NCBI GenBank assembly: GCA_036679605.1
Contig: JAZDCZ010000057.1
Span: 1 to 11,770, forward strand
Reading direction: 5' to 3'
DNA length: 11,770 nt
DNA from: Gemmatimonadota bacterium
GTDB taxonomy: Bacteria; Gemmatimonadota; Gemmatimonadetes; Gemmatimonadales; GWC2-71-9
Positions 1 through 6,873 of this stretch are shown here, piece by piece (positions within the stretch are counted from its first letter, which is position 1; every line of letters begins with the position of its first letter). The position numbers and the translations under genes are program-made. The notes under the pieces are model-generated. The model did not search any database and had not been told where the DNA came from. It saw nothing but the letters and a program-made list of their open reading frames with translations.

Positions 1-2718
1 CTGCGTAGCGCTCCTGCTGAGTGCCTGTCCGTCCGTAGCCGTCACCGCCCAGTTATAAGTGACACCCCGTTGTAGTCCATTCACCGTAGCCGTGCGTTCG
101 GTAGCACCCGTTACGAATGGCCCCAGTGCGCCGCCTATATCGCCCTCAGCAGTCTCCCCTAGATAAACGTTATACTGTAGGTTGTGGCCGTCTGGATCTG
201 AGCAGTTCCAGGCAAGCACCACCGAGGTATCTGAGAGCATTGCACCATCCATGGGGCTCATGCTTCCCGGCTCAGTAGGGCTAGAGTTGTTGGCGAACCC
301 CATTCCGCCAGTATTGGGATCACCGACCGCGCCGTCAGAGAGCCCAGTCACGTTCCCATTGCTTTCTAGAACGGCCAGCGTCCCCCCTGAAGTGACGACC
401 AGATCGCGCACCGAGGCTGACGGTAAAGAGTAATTCCAAAGAGGATTCCCAGAAGCCGCATACGCGTAGAGCTGCCAAGTCCTGTTCCCAGGAGTATCCC
501 AATCTACAGGGAAAAGGACAACGTCATTCGAGGCAGTAATGGGCTGCTGATTGTGAGTATACGTTCCCACATCCGGGAAAGCGTGCTCCCATACTACACT
601 ACCATCCGTAGGAGCTAGCTTCGTCAGCGTCAAGTACCAAGATCCCGACAACTGCTGCCAGAATTCCGTATAAATGCTATCGTCTGCACCCAGCGCGAGA
701 AACTGCGTGTCGCGGACTTTCACCCACTTCTGGGAAAACGACGACGAACCGGGAGTCAGTGCATAGATCTGAGTCCCAACGATTACATATACGGTACCAT
801 CCGTACCAACGGCTGGACTGTGAATGTTCCTGCTTGAATTAGGCATGTTTGGAAATGCTTTGCTGTACCGAGTGGCCCCCGTCACTTGGTCTATCGCAAC
901 CAGAACCGCTTCACTCGTAGCTTGCTTCCAATATCCCAGGTAGACGTTGTTTGTGGCGTCATCGATAGCCACGGCACCCGAGTACTTAACTCCACCTGAC
1001 GGCACCGGCCACGTCCATCGCCAGCCCCCGTTTTGATCAAGGGACACCAGAGTCGTATCGCTCCGGAAGTACATGTTTCCCTTCGAATCGACTCGCGCCG
1101 AATGATCGCCGTAGAACCCGTTCCCTGAGTCGAAATAAACGCTCTCTGGCGGTCCACTCGCCCTCGGCTGGAACCTAAAGACACGCTCACCGGACCCAAA
1201 ATAGATGTCCCCGTTTGGCCCTTGAACTGGCGATCCGATCGTGAGGATTGAGTCGAGCACCTCAACTTGCCGCACAATCTGCCCGGTTTCATCTAGGACG
1301 GTCACATATGGATGATAGGTATCGTTGATGATCGCCGGATCGTGCGTTGTGATGAGCCAATTGCCCTCGCCAACCACCACCCCCTTGGGCCGATTGCTCG
1401 TCGATCTTACGTATCTTTTGTGAGGTTGAGATGTAGGCGCGCGATAGTTTGCGTGGAAACGGTTGTGTTGGTCAAAACCGTATTGGGGCCAACCATAGTA
1501 TTTGGAGATATCGTCAATCAGCGTATTGACTACGTCGTAGCTTTCGTACTGATTAGTGGCGGGTGGAAAATTGTACCATGTGGTCGTCGGCGGCGCATCG
1601 TCGCCCCACCCGAAGTTGAGATGAAAGGACCCATGCGAATCATCGTAACCGTCGACCAGTATGGCATGGTAATCTGGATGTCCGACGACGGATTGATTAA
1701 CACCAAGCACGACGGGCTGCCCACGATTGATATTATCGATGACGTCATCTCGTACTGCTGCCCCCCACAACCCCCGACCGTCTTCTCGCAAATGCGCTGA
1801 GCCGAAACCGAATTGGTTAAGCAATGCGTCGTGGATGGAAGTCATCCAACAACTCGTAGAGGGTAAGCCATTACTGTCGAACCCGTATTTGGATTTAGTC
1901 TTTAAACCAACCGCAAAATTCAGATACGCTAGGTCCTCGTTCGTACCATCATAGGGCACGGCGCTCAGGACCGCATCAAGCTCCGGAAATGACGGAAAAC
2001 CATACGAGAGAGCGTCCTGGTCAAAGCGAATCCCCGAACTCGCGTACTGATCAGCATCCCACGAGAACGGAATGGTCTTAGGATACTGCCAAAAATTTAG
2101 AAGTTGAGCGACCGCAGTTGCGCAACACCCGACCACTCGATGTGATCCTTGAACGTTCGGGGTTACAAGCGGCACCTTCGCATTGAACGGAGGCCCCTGA
2201 GACCAACGAGTGCTGATCAGAGGCGTTGCAGTACTCGATATCGGCGACGTGACAACCACTTCCCCGTCTAAAAATTCCTGCCAGCTAGCTCTATTGGCAA
2301 GCTCCACCGGCTCGTTGGCCACTGGTTCACTCGCGATCGCTCGGAGACGAGCCGCCACATCCGACTTGATGAAACTTAGAAGCGGATTCGACGGCGTTGC
2401 GGGGAACTCGCCTGAGCCCGCTCGCAGGATGATCGGCTCAATGCTGTCGTCAGCCGAGGTCGTAACGTAGCCCCCCTCCGGGAACTGCCACGCATATGCA
2501 AGCACGCGTCCGTCATCATCACTGATGGCAAATGGCTCCAATGGTTTACGCGAACGCAAGGTTCGTTGCCCTACTGGCATAGCAGCCGTGCGATAAGCCT
2601 CCGCAACCGCACGGGCCGTAGCGACGCCTACCGGGGCCGCAGTGGCGTCACGACCAGCAAACGAAGCACAGGCGAGAAATCCAAAAGCTACCATTAGGAT
2701 TCGTGATTTTTCGTTCAT
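1..2718 (-). CDS. Secreted peptidase C10 (streptopain/SpeB family) cysteine protease with propeptide, PQQ-like beta-propeller and Fn3-like domain; 3' end lies outside the window
   Basis: Hand translation from ATG 2718 is open to position 1 (906 codons, no stop, so absent from the ORF track). GGAGG and GGGGGA lie upstream. Signal peptide MNEKSRILMVAFGFLACASFAGRDATA. Propeptide-like 'VLAYAWQFPEGGYVTTSADDSIEPII'. C10 motifs 'LISTRWSQGPPFN' (Gln174), 'VGCCATAVAQLLNFWQYP' (Cys198, 2125-2127) and 'YHAILVDGYDDSHGSFHLNFGWG' (His351 at 1666-1668, Asn368). These are followed by 'WPQYGFDQHN', 'GSPVQGPNGDIY' and 'HSPAVGTDGTVYV' (PQQ-like repeats), then 'LAWNCSDPDGHNLQYNVYLG...GLQRGVTYNWAVTATDG' (Fn3-like). 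Confidence 0.92.
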   Translation of the reverse strand, partial: MNEKSRILMVAFGFLACASFAGRDATAAPVGVATARAVAEAYRTAAMPVGQRTLRSRKPLEPFAISDDDGRVLAYAWQFPEGGYVTTSADDSIEPIILRAGSGEFPATPSNPLLSFIKSDVAARLRAIASEPVANEPVELANRASWQEFLDGEVVVTSPISSTATPLISTRWSQGPPFNAKVPLVTPNVQGSHRVVGCCATAVAQLLNFWQYPKTIPFSWDADQYASSGIRFDQDALSYGFPSFPELDAVLSAVPYDGTNEDLAYLNFAVGLKTKSKYGFDSNGLPSTSCWMTSIHDALLNQFGFGSAHLREDGRGLWGAAVRDDVIDNINRGQPVVLGVNQSVVGHPDYHAILVDGYDDSHGSFHLNFGWGDDAPPTTTWYNFPPATNQYESYDVVNTLIDDISKYYGWPQYGFDQHNRFHANYRAPTSQPHKRYVRSTSNRPKGVVVGEGNWLITTHDPAIINDTYHPYVTVLDETGQIVRQVEVLDSILTIGSPVQGPNGDIYFGSGERVFRFQPRASGPPESVYFDSGNGFYGDHSARVDSKGNMYFRSDTTLVSLDQNGGWRWTWPVPSGGVKYSGAVAIDDATNNVYLGYWKQATSEAVLVAIDQVTGATRYSKAFPNMPNSSRNIHSPAVGTDGTVYVIVGTQIYALTPGSSSFSQKWVKVRDTQFLALGADDSIYTEFWQQLSGSWYLTLTKLAPTDGSVVWEHAFPDVGTYTHNQQPITASNDVVLFPVDWDTPGNRTWQLYAYAASGNPLWNYSLPSASVRDLVVTSGGTLAVLESNGNVTGLSDGAVGDPNTGGMGFANNSSPTEPGSMSPMDGAMLSDTSVVLAWNCSDPDGHNLQYNVYLGETAEGDIGGALGPFVTGATERTATVNGLQRGVTYNWAVTATDGQALSRSATQ

Positions 2719-2744
2719 CTAAGTTCCCCCGGTTCCTCCGAAAC

Positions 2745-3077
2745 CTACAGTTCTGACCATGACCAAAGAGAGCTCACCATGTGGCCCCGGAGTCGTTCTC
2801 CGTTCGCGGCAGGATAACTCTCAGGCCCAAACATGATCGTGGACGCAATGGCGCTAGCAAGTTGCGAGTCAACATAGCCAGGCTCACGTTTAACGCGGTC
2901 TGAGTTCGGGTCCCGAACCGTTGACGGTGCAGTCCCGTTCACCGCGCTGTCATTGCCGTTTACGCAGGCGTCTAACGTATTGGGGAGTTCAGTTGCGGCC
3001 CGAGAATTGAACCGACCGGTCGATGTCCTGTCTACGCACGCGTGAGTAATCACGCGCCGCAGTAGTCTGGTGATCAT
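2745..3077 (-). CDS. Putative small ORF (110 aa, MITRLLRRVITHACVDRTSTGR...), paralog of 4003..4242
   Basis: Internal ATG (Met73) of the track ORF 2745..3293, preceded by the SD GAGGAG-catt-ATG. The first 22 aa share 13 identities with ORF 4003..4242. It stops 26 nt before the protease ATG. Confidence 0.4.
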   Translation of the reverse strand: MITRLLRRVITHACVDRTSTGRFNSRAATELPNTLDACVNGNDSAVNGTAPSTVRDPNSDRVKREPGYVDSQLASAIASTIMFGPESYPAANGERLRGHMVSSLWSWSEL

Positions 3078-3125
3078 AATGCTCCTCAACGTTATCGAAA
3101 GAGACGGCATGCCTACAGCCCCTGA
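3012..3125 (-). repeat. Diverged direct repeat family 1, copy A (partner 4177..4291)
   Basis: 3012-3077 aligns ungapped to 4177-4242 at 49/66 nt by manual count. Gapped similarity continues about 50 nt upstream through the SD region. Confidence 0.8.
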
Positions 3126-3221
3126 ACGCTGACCCCCTCCGTGCACAGATCCCCCATAAATCATTCCGGAAGCCATGTTCTTGCTTACGCTGATGGGCAG
3201 CCAACACGGCGACCGTCGTGT

Positions 3222-3250
3222 ACAATAGTTCTCGGCAATCGTTTTGGAAA
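3222..3250 (-). promoter_or_regulatory. Predicted weak sigma70-type promoter for the small ORF and protease
   Basis: Minus strand TTTCCA (3250-3245), 17-nt spacer, TATTGT (3227-3222). Each hexamer matches consensus at 4/6, and the -35 abuts the palindromic operator. Confidence 0.45.
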
Positions 3251-3288
3251 TACCGCAAGTGCGGTATTTTGCTACCGCAATCGCGGCA
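3248..3288. promoter_or_regulatory. Tandem 7-2-7 palindromic operator, LuxR/NarL-type
   Basis: Perfect inverted repeat AAATACCGCA-AG-TGCGGTATTT (3248-3269), plus an imperfect second copy TACCGCA-AT-CGCGGCA (3273-3288) shifted by 22 bp. Confidence 0.7.
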
Positions 3289-3304
3289 TCCAAGTATTGT
3301 TGGA

Positions 3305-4000
3305 CTAGATCAGGCCACAGCTTTGTGCGCGCAGTACCGCTTGCAGGACACTGTGTACGCCGCAGTCACGTAGGATATTACGAGTATGCGTACGGACCGT
3401 CAGCGGGCTGATGCCTAGGTCGTTAGCGACGGCTTTACTGCTATGGCCCTTGGCCAATGACCTGAGGACCTCGATCTGCCGGGCTGTCATAGTCGGAAAG
3501 CCGTTGGCAGCCGCACGGGTGTCGAATGCCGCAGGAACGGCTTTGACCGGCGTCGGTCGGTCTCTAATGACCTCGTGCTCTGCGTCATCGACACGCATCG
3601 TAGGTCGCAAGAGATGGATGATGATCCGTTGAGAGGCTCGTCGGCAACGTACGACAAGCGTACTGGTCGCAACATGGACGAGCTTGCCCGCTGCTGTTCG
3701 AATGTCCATCTCGAAAGCATGAACTGACTCGTTGCGGGCAATAGCCCGCCTCACGCTGCAGAACTCGTTACAGTACGTGTGACCTGAGACATCGCGGCCA
3801 CACAGCACGTCCGAGCAGTTTTTTGCCAGGACCTTGTGGGCTGCGTAGCCTAGTAGCTTTTCGGCGGCGGGATTCCAGGCAACGATACGGCCATTACTAT
3901 CGAAGGCGAAGGCTGGCTCCGCAGTCGCCGCAAGCACCGCGATAGGCTGGTCAGCCGATTTGCTTCCCTCCCCTTGGAACAAAATCGCGTCCTTACACAA
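3305..4000 (-). CDS. PAS domain-containing LuxR-family transcriptional regulator
   Basis: PAS signature 'AFAFDSNGRIVAWNPAAEKLLGY'. C-terminal LuxR HTH 'MTARQIEVLRSLAKGHSSKAVANDLGISPLTVRTHTRNILRDCGVHSVLQAV'. The TTG start has no clear SD and is uncertain; there is an in-frame stop at 4061-4063. Confidence 0.92.
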   Translation of the reverse strand: MCKDAILFQGEGSKSADQPIAVLAATAEPAFAFDSNGRIVAWNPAAEKLLGYAAHKVLAKNCSDVLCGRDVSGHTYCNEFCSVRRAIARNESVHAFEMDIRTAAGKLVHVATSTLVVRCRRASQRIIIHLLRPTMRVDDAEHEVIRDRPTPVKAVPAAFDTRAAANGFPTMTARQIEVLRSLAKGHSSKAVANDLGISPLTVRTHTRNILRDCGVHSVLQAVLRAQSCGLI

Positions 4001-4002
4001 GC

Positions 4003-4242
4003 TCAGGACTGAACTGTTACATACACAACAACACCCGCTGCGAAGGCGTGACGTATCGGACTAAAATCCTGACGCCGAGAATGGTGCCGAATAGGTATAG
4101 GATGTCTCAGGACTCGGGCCTTGAATTGGTGGTACTTCCGACTCGTGGCCACGCCCTGCGGAGACGTACCGGTCGACCGGCCGCTCGATATCTTTGCTGC
4201 GCACGCGTGATCACTCGCCCGCCGTAGCGCTCTGGTAATCAT
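4003..4242 (-). CDS. Putative small ORF (79 aa, MITRALRRASDHACAAKISSGR...), paralog of 2745..3077
   Basis: Strong SD GAGGGGGAG-tatc-ATG. The N-terminus is homologous to 2745..3077. The TGA stop lies 2 nt before the luxR TTG. Confidence 0.4.
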   Translation of the reverse strand: MITRALRRASDHACAAKISSGRSTGTSPQGVATSRKYHQFKARVLRHPIPIRHHSRRQDFSPIRHAFAAGVVVYVTVQS

Positions 4243-4291
4243 GATACTCCCCCTCAGGTGCTACCGAACCGGATCGATGCTACCCTCCTGA
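4177..4291 (-). repeat. Diverged direct repeat family 1, copy B (partner 3012..3125)
   Basis: Same alignment as copy A; core offset 1165 nt. Confidence 0.8.
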
Positions 4292-4498
4292 GGAAGTTGT
4301 AGCCAGCACCGAGCGGTGGATATGCAGCGTCTCGAACCGCAAGCGCCACTCTGTTCCCCCATGTGAGTCACTGCACCTACCCTCCGCCTCGCCGAGCGGG
4401 GCGTATACATCCTGAGCAACAAAATCGACGGGGACTCGCGTCAGCCGAACTGAGCCAGGTTCGTCTCTTTCCTGAGGGTCACTCCCTGGCCCGATGAG

Positions 4499-4526
4499 TG
4501 TCACAAAAACAAATGTTTTTATGACA
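4499..4526. promoter_or_regulatory. AT-rich 13-2-13 inverted repeat, probable protein-binding site
   Basis: TGTCACAAAAACA-AA-TGTTTTTATGACA with one mismatch, an AT-rich patch in GC-rich intergenic DNA upstream of the luxR unit. Confidence 0.55.
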
Positions 4527-4651
4527 AAGAAACCGATCCGCTAAGTGGCTGTTTTTGCTACGGCCAGATCAGGCCGCTGCAGGGTGGTTTTTGAGACACC
4601 TCTCGACTGCACCTCGTGAGACACCAAACTCGCTGGCGATCGCCCCTAGTG

Positions 4652-6364
4652 CTATGGAATCCCCGTCGTCGTAGTCGTCACGCTCACGAGAGAGGTTGTC
4701 GTCGAGCTGCCAGCAGTCCCGCAGAGGAGGTCGACCAACTGCCCTGTGGCACGCTTCAGAATCTCTAGGGCATCTGTCGCCGTCACCCGCCCCGATCGAT
4801 CCACATCACACAAGAAATCCGCGCATCCATTAACGCCAACGGCTGTCTTCAAGGCAATGAGCGCGTCGGTAGCAGATACTATGTCGTCGCCGTTAGCGTC
4901 GCCGCATACGAAACAACCCGGAATCCTCGCACCCTTGCAGGTCCCGACGCTACATGCATCATCGGTTGTGCAAACGTTGTTATCATCGCACCCAGCAATG
5001 ATCGGTATGTTCTTACAGCCCAGCGTCGTATCGCACGAATCGAACGTACAAGCGTTAGAGTCATCGCAGTCTACGGGTACGCCAGGTGAGCAGACCCCCT
5101 GCATACATAGAGCTCGCGAGGTACACGCGTCTTGGCAATCCGTATCGATGAGACATTGCACGCACGCGCCCCCCCCTTCATCGCAGACCTGCCCCGCGCA
5201 CGGAGCTGTCGAGGGCGTGCATACACCGCCCAGGCAACTTTCTTGACCGTTGCAAAATAGTCCGTCACCACAGATAGACCCGTCCGTTACGGGGACTGCT
5301 ACACATTCGCCTGCTGGCTCAGTACACGCACCCGTGTTGCAGCTGTCATTTAACGAAGTGCAGTCGCGAGCGAACCCCACACACACTCCATCGAGACACT
5401 TGTCGCCCACCGTGCATGCAAACCCGTCGTCGCATGACTGTCCGACAAGCAGAGGGTCGTTACATCCCCCGCACTTACCAGCCATCCCAGCCTGTGCGAT
5501 ACTCAATACTTCATTCGGGGTGAGCGCCGTAGAGTAGATCGTCAATTCATCGATTACCCCATCAAAAAAGGTACGATTCTGTGTCGTGAAATTTACCAGC
5601 ACCCATCTTCGCTCACTGCCGACAGATCGGAGATCGGTCGTAATTCCGTCTGTAAGGTCGGCCGTCGAACCCTGTGCTGAAAGAACGCCGTCAATGTACA
5701 CGCTAAGGACGTTTAACACTCCGTCTTTGGTCACGGCGATATGATGCGGCAAACCATCGTCAACACGTGTATCGGAATCCACCCGAACACATCCGATCTG
5801 CTGGCAACCGGCAACGCTCCCATTGTCGTCGCGCAACAAGACGCCTACTTCTCCTGGCCCAAAGCTTGTAGCGCCATTGAAGTCTAGGGAGATGTTAAAA
5901 ATCGCCCCTCCGCCCTGAGCTATACGCTGTGACAGAATCATGCCTTCGGTATCTGTTGTGCGCAGCCAGAACTCGTACGTGAAGCTAGCGTCAGGTGTCC
6001 AGTTCAAAACTGGACTTGTCCCGTAGTCGACATAATCGTCTACCCCGTCAAGAAGGAACCCATCATGCACGACTGCCGGAACGAAAGTGGCGCCATTGTT
6101 TAGCGTCGCCGTGTTCTGCCCGATAACGTCGACGGCGTCGCCGTCGCCGGGCCACCAAGCGATAGCCCCAGAAGGCAATGGACTACATACCTGGCCCTGC
6201 GCGATAGAGCAGAGTGCACACCACGCTAGCATACCCGCGACAGTGCTCAGGGCGCACTTCCTAGACCCGAAACGGAACGTGAATGGTGCCCCTGGCATCA
6301 ACCTCATGCTAACAGACCCAACGAGCGCCGCTGCGGAAGCGGCCCAACGTACGAAGACCCGCAC
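4652..6364 (-). CDS. Secreted LamG/concanavalin A-like jelly-roll protein with Cys-rich CDDxxxCT repeats and a C-terminal dockerin-like module
   Basis: LamG-like motifs 'AIAWWPGDGDAVDVIG', 'FLLDGVDDYV', 'FTYEFWLRT', 'PHHIAVT', 'VYIDGV' and 'FFDGVIDELTIYSTALTPNEV'. Repeats CDDGFACTVGDKC, CDDSNACTFDSC and CDDNNVCTTDDAC. Paired Ca-loop motifs CGDANGDDIVSATDAL and CDVDRSGRVTATDAL. Signal-like segment ending AQG. The true start is more likely ATG 6307 or later. Confidence 0.9.
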   Translation of the reverse strand: MRVFVRWAASAAALVGSVSMRLMPGAPFTFRFGSRKCALSTVAGMLAWCALCSIAQGQVCSPLPSGAIAWWPGDGDAVDVIGQNTATLNNGATFVPAVVHDGFLLDGVDDYVDYGTSPVLNWTPDASFTYEFWLRTTDTEGMILSQRIAQGGGAIFNISLDFNGATSFGPGEVGVLLRDDNGSVAGCQQIGCVRVDSDTRVDDGLPHHIAVTKDGVLNVLSVYIDGVLSAQGSTADLTDGITTDLRSVGSERRWVLVNFTTQNRTFFDGVIDELTIYSTALTPNEVLSIAQAGMAGKCGGCNDPLLVGQSCDDGFACTVGDKCLDGVCVGFARDCTSLNDSCNTGACTEPAGECVAVPVTDGSICGDGLFCNGQESCLGGVCTPSTAPCAGQVCDEGGGACVQCLIDTDCQDACTSRALCMQGVCSPGVPVDCDDSNACTFDSCDTTLGCKNIPIIAGCDDNNVCTTDDACSVGTCKGARIPGCFVCGDANGDDIVSATDALIALKTAVGVNGCADFLCDVDRSGRVTATDALEILKRATGQLVDLLCGTAGSSTTTSLVSVTTTTTGIP

Positions 6365-6437
6365 GGAAACCGCTCGTTCGCGTCCGGCAGACGCAGCTAC
6401 GCACTAGTCTGGCGTCTCCCGTAGGTGTCTCACCCAT
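6309..6437 (-). CDS. Possible 42-aa upstream ORF (MGETPTGDARLVRSCVCRTRTSGFR...)
   Basis: Runs from ATG 6437 to TAG 6311-6309 and ends 1 nt before ATG 6307 of the LamG gene. Purine-rich upstream sequence. Only weak similarity to the family-1 small ORFs. Confidence 0.2.
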   Translation of the reverse strand: MGETPTGDARLVRSCVCRTRTSGFRAGLRTLGRFRSGARWVC

Positions 6438-6456
6438 ACTACTTCTCTTACTCCCT

Positions 6457-6474
6457 TTGACGCATCTGCGTCAA
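6457..6474. promoter_or_regulatory. Perfect 8-2-8 palindrome upstream of the LamG gene
   Basis: TTGACGCA-TC-TGCGTCAA; shares the CGCA-NN-TGCG core with the operator at 3248-3269. Confidence 0.55.
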
Positions 6475-6873
6475 TCCCCCAAACGCGTCAGCTCTGCTCT
6501 TTATGACGATCCAAACGAATACGCCGTTTGGACCTGTTCTCGCGTTGGACGAATGGAGCACGCAGTACCTCCGACCTGGTTTGCGCCCAGCTAGAAGCAC
6601 CTGGACCTCTATAAGTACATAACGCTAGTTGGCCATGTGTGAGCACGGCTCCGCATCGGCAACGAACGTGTTCAGTGCCTCGCAGCTACTAGAAGTCAGA
6701 GGTCCGCCCACACTACAGAGTATTGCCACCTACCCACCGAGTTAGCTCTCTGTTCCGGGGCATGGGTCCGGCGAGTTGTGGGACCCATGGATGTTCAGTT
6801 TCCGCGATCAGCTATCGTTCCGTTGACAGCAGAGAGGGACGGAGTGCTAGCAATCCCCGCTCCCCAAAGTCCC

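Noticed and set aside
182..2470. Track ORFs 182..433, 891..1292, 1312..1800, 1530..1748, 1727..1954 and 2210..2470
   Set aside because: All are antisense or off-frame shadows of the C10 protease gene, which has clear family motifs.
3078..3293. N-terminal extension of track ORF 2745..3293, and ORF 2989..3258
   Set aside because: They overlap the operator and promoter, have no SD and no protein-like features. The ATG at 3077 is better supported.
4280..4504. 74-aa ORF upstream of the luxR unit
   Set aside because: Its start lies inside the palindrome, with no SD and no recognisable motif.
6510..6532. Hairpin TCCAAACG-N7-CGTTTGGA
   Set aside because: No U-tract on the coding strand and far from the upstream stop codon; no function can be supported.
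6604..6635. AT-rich patch resembling a dif or attC site
   Set aside because: No XerD arm (TTATGTTAAAT) match and no attC-length imperfect palindrome.
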